Positions 50,231-63,330 of a stretch of 64,000 nucleotides of DNA are shown in pieces. The stretch's first letter is position 1. Every line of letters starts with the position of its first letter. Location: contig JASCQW010000061.1 of NCBI GenBank assembly GCA_030264375.1, forward strand, positions 72,808,412 to 72,872,411, read 5' to 3'. Source of the DNA: Carcharhinus longimanus (Eukaryota). A program made the position numbers and the translations under genes. A model generated the notes under the pieces. It saw only the letters and a list, made by a program, of their open reading frames with translations. It did no database searches and had not been told where the DNA came from.

Positions 50231-51944
50231 GTCAACTGTAGTAAGGTCAGGCATAATTGGAGATATTCCCTATTATTGAGAGAGAGAGTAATCTTCCATC
50301 TCTGATTTAGGACTGATTAATTAGATTAACATTTTAACATGTTCTTTAGGCCTTCTAAACCTTGGATTATATTGGCCAAGAGAGGGAAAAGGTCAAAGGC
50401 CACAGCTTGGGCCTGCAGCCATTACACTCAACCTATTGTTTTATTATATTACATTTCAGTAACTGGTAGTTGCAATCCCAATATATCTGAGGATAGTTTG
50501 TGACAATATTGAGCAATATTTTCAGAGGCAGGATTGCAGAGCTATTTGAGACCTAAGGGGTGGTGATCTCTGCCCTTTTGTGAGTCACCCCAGGCCCAGG
50601 TAAGAAGCCCATCCTCAGCATTATGAACCATGGCCAATGGAGCTGAACCAACATATTTTCAATGATTAGTGATATCTTGGTGAGTGCTAGGTGATAAGAT
50701 GGCAGGTTCGTGAGATGGGTGAATGCATAGGTTTGCTTCAGGAAGTAGGCAGGTCAGCTCTGTGGGTAATCGGGTTTGGAAGAGTTTAGTGTGGTTTTCA
50801 GAGAAGCTGGGTAGTTGAGAACGGTGGTTAGGGATAGTTGGGTTATGAGGGGTGTATGGTGGGTGGGGGTAATGATGGGTCAGGGAGGGAAATGTGGGTC
50901 GGTGTATAATTGGGGGTGTGGGGGAGGGGAGGTACAGTCAATTTCACAGTTTGACCAGTTTATTTTCAGTTTCTTATTTCTTTGGTAACTATCCAGTTAA
51001 GTCCCAAGGAGCTATCTGAAATCTCTGACACGAATTCCGAATTGCAGAATTTTTTGGAGAGTCCTGGGGAAATTACTCATCAGAAGTTCAAACTTGCCTG
51101 GCAATTCCCACATAAGTCAAGTATCTAGATTTCCATGGAGTCTTGATGTGCAACTTGTCTCCAATGGCCTTTGAACCAGAAGATTTGGACCTTTGTGTAT
51201 TTGTTAAAATTTTTAATGCTTATTGATTGGTTTGCAGACAGTATGAATTTATATTGAAGTTATATACTTACACTGCAAACTCAAATCAGTGAGTCAGCCT
51301 GGTGCTTCTATGACTCTTAATAATTTCCTGGACTGCGCTGCTACTGACTTGCACCAAAAGCTGCATCATACTGCTGCAGAAGTAATTATAAAGGATATCT
51401 TTAACCTTTTATTTACAATTCCATTGGTTGTCTGAAACTTCCCACTAGCATCTTTCACCAACTAACTGCTCTGCTGCTAATGCACCAACTCACAAAATTT
51501 GCCCACTCCCTAATGAAAAATAAACCCGCAGGATGAATGAACAAGAAATAGACACATGATCTGTGCTGATTATGTCCTTCAAAACCAATCTCAATAATTG
51601 AACAATTTCTTTGCTATTTACGCAAACATCTCTGATTCCATTGTTGCAATATCACAACATTACCTGAAATTCAAAGCAATACTTTAAAATGTACTTAATT
51701 ACCTGAAGGCATTCATGGATTGAAAAACATTGTGTACTGCAAATGAAGAGCACGCTTGTGAAACAATAGAACACCAAGTCCATCCCACTAATGAGAAAGA
51801 CCTCATGAAGTCAGGTATGAGGGCTTTAACAATGGAATATTTTGATTGTTGTACAATTTTAAAGTATGATGCATTCAAGAGGCGATTCATGAAGAACACT
51901 GTACATTGAACAAGAGCAGATTCATTGATGTCACACATGGGTTT

Positions 51945-52430
51945 TTTTTTTCATTGTTCCATGGGATGTGGGCCTCACTGGCCACACCAACAATCTTATT
52001 TCCATCTCTAATTGCTCCTGAGAAGGTAGTGATGAGCTTCCTTCTTGAACCATTGCAGCCTATGTGATGTCAGTACATTCACAGTGCTGTTAAGGAGAGA
52101 GTTCAAGATTTTTGATCCAATGGTAGTGAAGGAACGGTGATATATTTCCAAGTTAGGATAGTGTGCGGCTTGGAGGGGAAATTCCAAGTGGTGATGTATA
52201 TATGTATGTATCTGCTGCCTTCATCCCTCTAGCTGGTGGAGGTCAAGGGTTTAGAAGGTGCTGTCAAAGGGGCCTTGATGGGCTGCTGCAATACATCTTA
52301 CTGCCACTATGCGCCAAGGTGGAGGGAGTGAATGTTGAATGTGTTGAATGGGGTGCCAATCAAGTGGCTACTTTGTCCTGGATGTGTTGATCTTCAAGCA
52401 TTGTTGAAAATGCACTTGGAACAGTCAGAT
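51945..52430 (-). mobile_element. CR1-group LINE 3' end (same family as 24635-25480)
   Basis: The reverse complement matches 25190-25480 (CATCCAGGACAAAG; CTGCA.TGGTTCAAGAAG). Confidence 0.7.
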
Positions 52431-52437
52431 GGATGAG

Positions 52438-52686
52438 ATCATAGAATCCCCACAGTGTAGAAGGAGGCTATTTGACCCATCGAATTTGCACTGACAACAA
52501 TCCCGTGCAGGCCCTATTCTCGTAACCCCACATATTTACCCTGCTAATCCCCCTGTCACTAAGGGGCAATTTATCATAGCATGGAATGTGCAAACTCCAC
52601 ACAGAGGGTCACCCGAGGCTGGAATTGAACCCAGGTCCGTAGTGCTGTGAGACAACAGTTCTAACCACTATGCCACCGTGCCGCCC
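52438..52686 (-). mobile_element. HE1-type V-SINE with an internal deletion
   Basis: Head and tail are present; most of the V-domain is missing near 52580. Confidence 0.8.
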
Positions 52687-53189
52687 GAGATATATATGTT
52701 TCCTCANNNNNNNNNNNNNNNNNNNNNNNNNNNNNNNNNNNNNNNNNNNNNNNNNNNNNNNNNNNNNNNNNNNNNNNNNNNNNNNNNNNNNNNNNNNNNN
52801 NNNNNNTTTGCAGCTTCCATCTGAAAGGCATGATTGGAAGTAACCGAGGAGCTGAGTGTGTTTCCAGGTTTGAATGTGATATAGGAAGTGCATTAATGAC
52901 CTAAACAGGTCAGGGAAAATGAGCAAATTTGCTGATTCAACTATATCCTTTGGTTTTAGCCCATTTCTTTCATTCTGTTTTTTTCAAGTATACTTCATCA
53001 TACCTCCTCACATTTACTCAACTTTCAGCAACGTTCACTTTCTGTCATCTTCATCACTCTGCATTTATCCATATAACTTAATCTGTCACCCCAGTGTTAT
53101 CAATGTGCTGCATACGTTTCTCAATCACCCTCACCGAATGCACTGCATCCTGAATATCTGACCTTCATTCACCTGTCTGTTTTCTCATC

Positions 53190-53870
53190 TCTATAGGAGA
53201 AGAGAGTGAAAAATACAAAGCAAAGGTACAGGATTGGAGATCAGCTTCTAAAAATAGTACAGCTTATAGAGGAGGTAAGTGGCATTTCAGGCAGCAGTGG
53301 AGAGACTGGGAGCCTGCAGATAGCTGATGATGAAATTATAAATATCCCTGACAAGCATATGCTGTCTCTATTTACCTGTAAACTGAACTATCATAAAACT
53401 GAACATTGTGATTGTCAAGATTGTGGCTTTGCCACAATTAAATCATATCCCTTTCTTTTGTCTTATTTACACCAATAACAAATTTGCAGGGTATCCATGA
53501 AAAGCTCACTCTTTCTATGGGAAAGACAGAACCTATAGCCAGGTATGAGCATGGAAGTTCACACGTCCATATATAAGTTCATTTAAAAAATTCATTAGGT
53601 TTGCACTTGGTGATTCACATCTCATAACTGAGCAAGAATAGCCACTGGAGCCAAAGTCTTTGTTGGGGTCACAATTATCCCAAGACCTACTCAGCCAAAC
53701 ATAGATGTTGAACCCTGGGTAGCTATCATTGAGAAGGAGAATGATTGAGACCCATTGGCAATTTAACAGAGTATTGACTGATGTGCCTTGCATATTTTGC
53801 ATAATAATGGAGTCCAACTCAGTTGTTAATGGATTGGTGACCCACAGAATTGTGAGCATGTTTGCTAAGG
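53190..53870 (+). pseudogene. Harbinger Myb-like gene internal exon remnants
   Basis: Acceptor CTCTATAG| then EKRVKNTKQRYRIGD...EE...ISG..GETG, resembling the K..HN.RER..TGGG motif. Confidence 0.4.
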
Positions 53871-55399
53871 AGAGAGTGGCCTCCAGGTAGTATTAATTAT
53901 CAATCTCTAATAAGTCCATATAGGCCATGACNNNNNNNNNNNNNNNNNNNNNNNNNNNNNNNNNNNNNNNNNNNNNNNNNNNNNNNNNNNNNNNNNNNNN
54001 NNNNNNNNNNNNNNNNNNNNNNNNNNNNNNNNNNNNNNNNNNNNNNNNNNNNNNNNNNNNNNNNNNNNNNNNNNNNNNNNNNNNNNNNNNNNNNNNNNNN
54101 NNNNNNNNNNNNNNNNNNNNNNNNGTTCCCTTCTCAGTTAATATTAGACATGTTAATTGGCCTCCCAGTGGGAGAACTGTTCCTACAAAGATGCATGCAA
54201 AGCAGTCTTTGTTGGGGACCTCAGATGTTCTAAAATCCAGAGGGCAGAGATTGAAAGTATCTTAGCAGTCAGAACAGCCTGTCCCTACCTCGGCTAAAGT
54301 CACATGAGGTCCTGCATGTAGAAATGGTAGGAAGTAGAAGTTAAATAACAGAATAAATCTGGAAATATAAAACAAATGTCAGTAATGGTGAGCATACCAA
54401 CTATCACTGATAGTCATAAAAACACACCTGATTCACTAGCGTCCTTTAGGAAACAAATCTGCCATATTTACCTGGTCTAGCCCACATGTGGTTCCAGATA
54501 CAGAGTATTGTAGTTGACTCTTATCTGCCCTGCCCCAGAAATGGCCTTGCAAGACACTCAGTTCAAGGGTAATTTGGGATGGGCAACAAATGCTGGCCTT
54601 GCCAGCGTCACCCACATCCCATGAAACAATGTTTAAAAATCTCTTTGAAACAGCTCCCTAAATGAGTTCTATTCCTGCCCTCCCTCTGTAACTCTGCAAT
54701 GTTTACCCTTCATGTATTTTTTCAATTTCCTTTCGAAAGTTATTATCTGCTTTCATTATCCTTGCTGGAAATGCATGTCAGAGCATAACGAGTCGCTGTG
54801 TAAAAACACTCCTCAGTATGACTTTGGTTTTTAAATCCCTGTCCTCTGGTTGCTGACCCTCAATCAAAATCCTTCATGATGTTGAATATCTCCAGCAAGT
54901 GTTGCCTTAGCAATATTTGTTCTTAAGGACAACCCCCAGCTACTGTAGTCTTGCTACATAACTGCAGCCTGCCCATCCCTGATACTATTCCCGTAAACAA
55001 CCTCTGACTTAAATTAATTAATTTAAAATAATTACATTGAATTTAAAAAGTTACATTTAACTATGTTGAGTTGAGTTCAGCAAAATGAAATCATAAAATG
55101 ATTGTGTAGCTTTTTGTTGGAACACTCAGTGGTTGCTGACCTGACCCCTAAGCTATACCGTCATTAACACTATATATAAGAAATTATTTTACATTGACAC
55201 CAAGCACTTGACCACATTAGTTATTCTACCCCATATTTACGTATCAAGCACCCACGACAACTTGTAATTATATAATGCCTTTAACATAGTAAAATGTCCC
55301 AAAGGACTCCAACAACTTGTTGGTACCAATGTCCTTCTGAATACTTCCTCCATTTCTCCCTGACCACATTGCTTCTTCTAATCCTAGACCTTGCTGTAT

Positions 55400-56345
55400 G
55401 TTCACTATGCACACTGAACTTCCCTCTCTGATGCTGAATGATCTGTGTTCAGCAAAGGAATCAGCTTTATCTTCTTATGCCCTTACCTCAATGAATTTTG
55501 AGCTCAGCATGATCTTTGCTTCTGTGTTCATTTCTTTGTGCCGAAGTCATTCCATTTGCTCAATGGACCTGTTCACCAGTTCCAGTACTCTCCCTCTACC
55601 TGGACCCCTCTCGCTGTCCTCTTACCCACTCTTGTTTTTTTCCATTGCGAACTGGTGGGGTGACATTGGCCACATTCATTCTCCTGCTCCCCTCACCCAT
55701 TTTAATTTGTCTCTCTCTGAACTTGCTGAACTCTGTTCTCTCAAGTCAAACCCTAACTTTATGATCAAATCTGCTGATAAGAATGATGCTGTTGTCATCT
55801 GGTGTTACAATATACAACCTCTATATTGTAAAGGCTGAGCGCCAATGTCCAGACATTACTTCCTACCTCCCCTGAGCCATGGCCCCACCACAACTGTCAA
55901 GCCATTTGTTTCCAGGACTGTCACCTAAATCTGCTCTGAATCCCTTTGCAGCTTCCAACCTGATAGCCACCAGCACCATACAATCCACTTCTACCTTTCC
56001 AAAATCCACAAACAGGTCTGTCCTGGTAGACCCATCATTTCAGCCTGATCCTGCGCCACTGAATTAATTTCTTGCTACATTGACGTTACTTTTTCCCCAT
56101 TGTCCAGTCTTTCTCCATCAAATTAATGTTTCTTCTGAAGCAATACATCAATAATTTCAACAATTTCCACTTCCCTGAGCCATATCATTTCCTCTTCACT
56201 ATGGCCATCTAATCCTTCTACACCTCCATCCCTCACCAGGACTGTTCTGAAGAAGAGTCATATTGGACTTGAAGCATTAGCATTGCTCCTCTCTCCTCAG
56301 ATGCTACCTGACTGGCTGAGCCTTTCAGCACTTGCTGCTTTTGTT
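55400..56345 (+). mobile_element. Penelope-like element RT remnant plus terminal repeat
   Basis: IKSADKNDAVVIW (IKPADKG), LSKIHK...PGRPIISA (LPKIHK..RPIIS), then CTGAAGA-AGAGTC...GACTT-GAAG at 56247-56274. Confidence 0.8.
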
Positions 56346-56829
56346 CGTCCTAAAGTACTTCACAGGGGTTTCAAAACTGCAACATGAAGCCACAAAAGAA
56401 ATACGATGGAAAGGGATTTGTTAAAAAGGTTTGTTAAAAAGGTAGGTTTTAAAAGCATTTCAAAGGAGGAAAGTGAGCAAAAGAAATGGAGAGGTTTAGG
56501 GAGGGAATTCCAGGGCTTAGGGCCTAGATGTTATGGCGATGGAAATCTGGGATTCCTAAAACATAGATCTGTAGGAACACAGAGATTTAGAAGATTGTAA
56601 GACTGAATGATATTACTGAGGGAGAGATGGGTGAGGCAATTAGAAACTCATTGATATTGTGCCATTTGAGAACAAGGATGAGAATTTTTTAAATTGAGGC
56701 ATTGTGAACTGTGAATGACTGTGATGGGACTTCATCTGCCTTTTTTAAATGTTTGTACCATCTATCAATTTGGAAATGTTGTTAGACTTCACCCTAAGTC
56801 ATTAACTTGTAGTAAAATTGTCAATTCCT

Positions 56830-57140
56830 GGTATATTCCGCCGGTAGATTTTCAGTAACCAGAGGACACAGAATTTAAGACAATTGCCCGAAGAATCAGA
56901 GAGGAGGTGAGGAATTATTTTTTACATGTTGCAAGTTGTTCTGACCTGGGATGAAGGGTCATGGAAACAGATTCAGTAGTAACTTTCAAAAGGGAATTAT
57001 TCCTTATGTTTCAAAAGAAAATATTATAGAGCTATAGGCAAAGTGTGGATAAGAGGGATTAATTCTGTTCTTTCAAACAGATGACACAGTCATGATGGGC
57101 TGAGTGGCTTCCTGTGCTATGACATTCTATAATTCTATAA
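56830..57140 (+). mobile_element. CR1 3' remnant
   Basis: ACCAGAGGACACAG..TTTAAG and (ATTCTAT)n tail. Confidence 0.6.
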
Positions 57141-58261
57141 TCCTTTAGGCTAAAGATCCATCCCAATAATGAGGCTGCATCAGATGTTAATATAGAAAAA
57201 TGTGAAGCAGGAACCCAACGCCCTCAACCTCTTCCATCTCCAGTTTTAATGAAACCAGGATGAGGAATGGGTGACTAATCTCCTCGCCAGAAGCAAGTTG
57301 ATCATTTAAATATTATAATGATGTTGCTACCTTCATTTTAGCAATTATTCTATTTTTAACCACAGTCAGCTGGTCTTCCCACGTCAATGGAAATGAGGTG
57401 AGAAGGAATGAATTCATGAAGTTGGTACTTCTGCAGCACTGCTTCTGGGTAAGGGGGCCTTTCACTGTTAACGCCACACCATAATCCCACAACTGCCTGC
57501 CCCTGCCCATCATTGAGCTCCCTCTCCATTGATTGGGACCCCAGGCCATTAGCAGTCTCTCCCACCATGATCTAGACCCCTTCATCACAATTCAGCCATC
57601 AATTACCAACCCGGCCATAATCCAGAGCCTTCCTTGCAAACTTGCATTTGTAATCTACCCTGCCCTCACAACAATCTCATTCACTGCCCCCAGTTGACCT
57701 ACTTGGTTTTATAGGTTCAGCCCTGTGAAACAGGATTCCCACACTAGAGGCCTCCAGACTGTCAGTCAAGCTGCTTCTGGATGGGACCATACTTAAAGAA
57801 ACCCTGAAGTTTAATTCAGCAGGACATTCAGGAATCTGGTTGCTCTGGGTTTTCTGACCTCACAACAGCATCCACCACAAACAAAAATCGATCTCTAGAT
57901 TAAAATCCAGGTCTATGATAATCCACTGATAATCTCTTTCCAATCTAAATTAGCATTATTAAATTTGCTCAGCAAGTTGATAGTTCCATCGTTTCACTGA
58001 TTATGTATTATGCAATTTTTCTTGATAAAAAATATAACTGTTATGGAAGTAGCACTGATGTAATTCAAACAACACTACAGTAGTTAAGATAATCTGTGTA
58101 ACATAAGTTTGGTTTTGCCAGTATTACTTATGCTGCTTAGGGGTAAGGATTCTGCAATCATTTTATCTGAAACTTCTAAAAAAACTTGAGAATTTTGTGT
58201 ACATACCAGTTTGACAAATTGTTCTATGATAAGTACTTCATTGAATAAGCAATTTTCCCAG

Positions 58262-58555
58262 GGCAGAAATGACAATTACAAGGGGACACAAGTTCAAGAT
58301 AAGGGGGGAAAGGTTCAGTGGAGATGTGCGGGAGAAGTCTTTTACACAAAGGCTGATAGGGGTCTGGAATGCACTGCCAAGTGAAGTGGTTGAGTTGGAT
58401 ATGTTAATGAGATTTAAGACTTATCTAGAAAGACGCACGAACAGGCGGGGAAGAGGGGGAAACAAACGGTTAGTCTAGATAGGAGAACATGATCGGTGCA
58501 GGCTTAATGGACAGAAGAGCTTGTACTGTACTATTCTTTATTCTTTGTTCTTTAT
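58262..58555 (+). mobile_element. CR1 LINE 3' end
   Basis: TRGHKFKIRGERF...FTQRLIGVWNALP. Confidence 0.85.
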
Positions 58556-59247
58556 GGCCTCATTTTTCATTCTTTGTCATTGTTAGCTGTTTATAGATAC
58601 AGGTTAAAAGTGCCTATAATATAATAAAAAGCCCAAAGAATATCTTTGCCCAAATTTTACATTAAAACCATTCAAAATACCAATAGAACAAATCATATCG
58701 ATGGATTAAAGGAATGAGTTGTAGGCTGAACTTTGAAAGGGAAAATCATTTCTTGGAAAGTTGCATTATTTTTTGACTTCTGAAATATGTAATAAGAATC
58801 TGATTGAAAATTTCCATTCCTATCTGTTGTACATTTGCATCAAATGTAAGCATTGAAATAGGAAAAAAGTGTTAACATAAATGCGACACATTATTGTACA
58901 TTACATGACAAATTCCTCAGTAACAGTCTTTGAGCTACCCATTTATATTTGTTACAACTGTCACATTTTACAATAGACACAACATTTTCCACAGTTCGAT
59001 AGCAAAAAAAAATCAGACAATCTGTTTGAAATATGTGAATCCATCTTAAAGGAATGACACATCCTGCTCTAGTGCACACAGCACCATTTCAGTTTAATAT
59101 TAAGAACCTTTTCTGCTTGACCGCTAGGGTAGAACCTGAATTAATCACCAAGGATCAAATGAATGGGTATGATTTTTTTTAAAAAAGGCAATGCACAGCA
59201 CATTTGCTTCTAACAGTGTGTCTTCCTCATGTTCTTTCAACACAGTA

Positions 59248-59504
59248 GGGGTAATTTTGACTTTGTGTGATAGAGAATCTCCTGATTTTTGTTATCACAA
59301 TCGAAATGAATGATAAAATTTGCAGGTCTATGAATTAACAGCAGCTGTGTGGCAGTAATTGAATAGTTCTTTCAAAGAGCTGGTACAGATATGATGGATC
59401 GAATAGTCTTCTATGCTATATGATTCTATATCAGACAAATCAATGGGTTGTAATAATGGCTGCTGATTCACTATTTTGCACTATGCATAAGTCAAAATTA
59501 CCCC
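59248..59504. mobile_element. MITE with perfect 16-bp TIRs and a nested CR1 tail
   Basis: GGGGTAATTTTGACTT (59248-59263) / AAGTCAAAATTACCCC (59489-59504); CR1 3' fragment at about 59350-59430. Confidence 0.8.
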
Positions 59505-61902
59505 TTTCTATTGGAACTGAGGATGAGTAAACATTTGATTGATTGATATACAACTAGTGATAGCCCCATGAGAATATAATTCAGAATAGTTTGCAGTTAC
59601 TAGTATGAATTGAAGAGGCCATTTTTATCAACAGCAATTAGTTTGTCTTTATGATCAGCCAGAACCTGACGCTTGCTCGCTGTGGACCCTTACAGAAAGA
59701 CAGCAAGCCAGACCTTCAAAAGATATAGGCCAGAATTCTGTGGTCTCGCATGCCCTGCTACCGCTGCCAGTGAGAATAGTGAATTTGGGGCTCTGCCAAA
59801 TCTCCATTCACCGCAGCAGAAATGGAGAATTCCAGCTGAAGGCAAGTTCGGAGCATTCCGGACAAAAAATTCTTTAAAAATCTTAGGATTTTATCCAGTT
59901 CAAGGTTTTCTACGGCAGAAATAACTTAGAGGAGTAGCTGAGTGCATGAGGCCTTTGGCGGTCTGTGCAAGTGAATATACCAAGTGACAAGTTATTCACT
60001 TTGACTCAACACCTCAGTTTCAATCCAGAATAAAAGACAAGCAGAATTTACCAATAAATTCCATTGCTATTTTTATTCTGTTTATTCCTTGTACTGAAAC
60101 AAAAAGCTAGAATTGATCTTGAACAATAGTGAATAATGGATGGTTTAACATACGTCACTTTAACATTTCTGCCCAATATCCAGCTTCATTGTCAGTAATA
60201 CAGCTGATTATGTGATAGGCATATGACAGACAGCCAATGCAATGTTGCCCATTTTACACAATTTCTGTAACTATGAGATATAAAAACTGTACGATTTTGG
60301 AGGCAACATATTTCGCAATTGGGACGCCATAAAAAGATCTTGGAAATGAGCTGTGGACTTGCTTTTTAAAATGTGGGCCATTGATGGTAAAGCAGTAGCT
60401 GTAATACTGAATTCCGCCTTTAGATGTTGTTAGTGGGCTTTGCAAAAACAGCAGTGTGTGTAATGCTGCTCAGGCCATGAATGCCACTGTTTTTAGTCTT
60501 AGGGGTAAGGAATGGAGTGCCTTTTTTTAATACATGACCCTTACAATTCATTTTTAATGTTGATGGATATGATAGGCACACTTGACTGTTCTGTTGTGGT
60601 GTATTCCACATGCTGCCTAGAAAGGTATTGTCAGTGAATGTTTTGAACGGAGGTCAAGTCCTATCATAGGGGACAAAATGAGAGCTAGCCCCGCTCCAGG
60701 ACGTGGTGGTACCCTGAGACAAAATATTCCTGGCAGCGGCCAATTAACAGGCCACTGGTGGGCCGCCATTGAATTAACCTCAGCAGCCCGAAACTCCCCA
60801 GAGGGATATCAACTCAGCAGCCTTGGCTAAATACAGGGGGAGGAAATCTCTGCTGTTTGGCAGAATTCTGACCTTTGGATCACACGATTCTGCCCTTTTT
60901 AATCATCTTTATTTTCTGACTTCCACTTGGCCAGGGGGAACAATCACTCAGCCGCTCTCTCTTCTGCCATGACTCAGCTCCTTTGCAGCAGTTGCCACTT
61001 TCTGACACCTCTGTATCAGCCTACTCGGGATCCTGGCTCTACCCAAAATGGCCAGTGATGGAACAGGCTCCTTGGCTCAGATGGGGTGACCTCCTATTCC
61101 CCGGGGAGGTAATTTCTCCGGCAGTGCAGATCTAAATGGCATTGGCCGAGGAAGAGACACATCTGCCATGGGCAGTGACAGCAATGAGGAGACAAGTCCG
61201 GGCAAGGTGGAGAAATGCAGGTAGCGGGATGGGTGGAGAAGGAGGGAGTGAGTGATTAGGACTGGGTGGGGTGGGAGAGAAGGAAGGGCTAAATGAATGG
61301 GTGATGTGGGGATGGACGGGGGGATAGTTGTGAATGGGGTGTGTGAGAAGGTGGGAAGGAAGGGTTGTGAGGAATGGAGCTTTGAGTAATTGAGAGGGAC
61401 AATAGAGAAGAGAGCCAGTTGAGGGAATGTGTGAGTGGGAAGTGGATTGGGGTGTTCATGTGTGGTGGCTAAGCAGTTGTTTACAATGGGTGTGATGTGG
61501 AGAGGGGCTTCACTGAGTTTTCAATTACAATGGATCATGCAGAATTTAGCTGAAACTTACACAATATATTAAATAATAATGTTTCTCCTGTAGTTTAAAA
61601 CCAGAGATTTGCATATTTATATGATATATTACTATACATTGATCTATAAGGAAATGAACTTTAATAATAACATACCAAATTTTACTATGCTACTTTTGTG
61701 GTGGTTTGTTTTTGCTAACATCTGGAGTCATGTTCATTTTCAATGCTAGAATTTCACGTGATATTTTCAGGCATGTGGACAGCATAGAAGAATGGAATGT
61801 CACACAAGAAAACATTGAGTGTGCATTGGCAACATCACACACTCGTGATGTTTTGGTTGGTGCGTGCGCAATAGTTGGCTGCATGCTGCTGACAATTAGA
61901 CC

Positions 61903-62826
61903 ATAAGACCTTAAGACATAGGAGCAGAATTAGGCCACTCGGCCCATTGTGTCTGCTCTACCATTCAATCATGGCAGCTATTTTTCTCAACCCGATTCTC
62001 CTTAAAGGGGGATTAATAAGGAAATCCCTCTGATCCCCTTAATAATCAAGAGCCTATCTATCTCTGTCTTAAAGACACTCAATGACCTGGTCTTCACAGC
62101 CTTCTGTGGCAAGGAGATCCACAGATCCACNNNNNNNNNNNNNNNNNNNNNNNNNNNNNNNNNNNNNNNNNNNNNNNNNNNNNNNNNNNNNNNNNNNNNN
62201 NNNNNNNNNNNNNNNNNNNNNNNNNNNNNNNNNNNNNNNNNATGTCCACTCTATCCAGGCCTCGCTTAACCTCCTGTAAATTTCAATAAGATCCCCCCTC
62301 ATTGTTCTAAATTTCAACTAGTATAGACCCAGAGTCCTCAACTGTTCCTCATACAACAAGCTCTCCATTTCAGGGTTATTCTTGTGAACCTCCTCTGGAC
62401 CCTTTCCAAGGCCAGCACATCCTTCCTTAGACACAGGGCCCAAAACTGCTCACAATACTCCAAATGGGGTCTGAGCCTTATACAGCCTCAGAAGTACATC
62501 CCTGCACTTGTATTCTAGCCCTCTCGACATGAATGCTAATATTGCATTTGCCTTCCTAACTGCCGACTGAACCTGCACATTAATCTTAAGGGAATCTTGA
62601 ACAAGGATTCCCAAGTTCCTTTATGTTTATGATTTCCTAAGCATTTTCCCATTTAGAAAATAGTCTGTGCCTCCATTCTTCCTTCCAAAGTGCATAACCT
62701 CACACCTCCACACTGTATTCCATCTGCCACTTCTTTGCCCACTCTCCTAACATGTCCAAGTCCTTCTGCAGCCCCCCACTTCCTCAATACTACCTGTCCC
62801 TTTACATATCTTTGTATCATCTGCCA
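61903..62826 (-). mobile_element. CR1 (HER1-like) LINE 3' portion, relatively young
   Basis: (ATAAGACC)-type tail, [19 protein letters not shown] and FADD at about 62815; same subfamily as 9148-9720. Confidence 0.9.
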
Positions 62827-63129
62827 GTTAAGACATTTAAAAGAGCAATTGACTGGAATTTTATGTTGTGAAGTGATTATTAGCTTTGCACACAGGAAAC
62901 ATGGTAATGCGACAATCCTGTGTCTTCACTTTCCGATCCAAGGGCAGAATAATAGAAGGCTGGAGCATTGGCTATGTGAGTTGCTAAGAGTTCAGGTGAG
63001 AGTTTCCTGTTGCTTAAGTCTTGAGATTTCAGATCTCTTCCTCTGGTTTCTTCTGAAGTATTTGCTTTGTAAGTCTTGTTCTGAGGACTCTTTTGTTTGG
63101 TCAACTCTATTGGAGCATTTCTGCCCATT

Positions 63130-63330
63130 GCCAGTGCATAGGGCAGTGCCAGCTGCATTTCAGCAGATGGAGTTGTCTACTCCTTTGGAACAGGAAAAGA
63201 GGGGCCAAAGGGGAAGGAGGCTAGGTGTCCACAGGCAGCATTGCCAGGAGACATTTGTGGGACAGCAGATGCAGTCACAGTGAATGCAGGGTCAGCAGAG
63301 AGATCAAAGTGAACAACATTGCAGAACACA
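63130..63330 (+). pseudogene. Possible Harbinger Myb-like remnant
   Basis: Frameshifted FS..EL..LLE and W...A.TVNAGS resemble the Myb/SANT-like helices. Confidence 0.3.

Noticed and set aside
49650-50254. 118-141 aa His/Pro/Thr/Ser-rich ORFs
   Set aside because: Translation of a low-complexity repeat open in all three minus frames.
62690-63283. 197-aa ORF
   Set aside because: Runs across antisense CR1 and an unrelated repeat; not protein-like.
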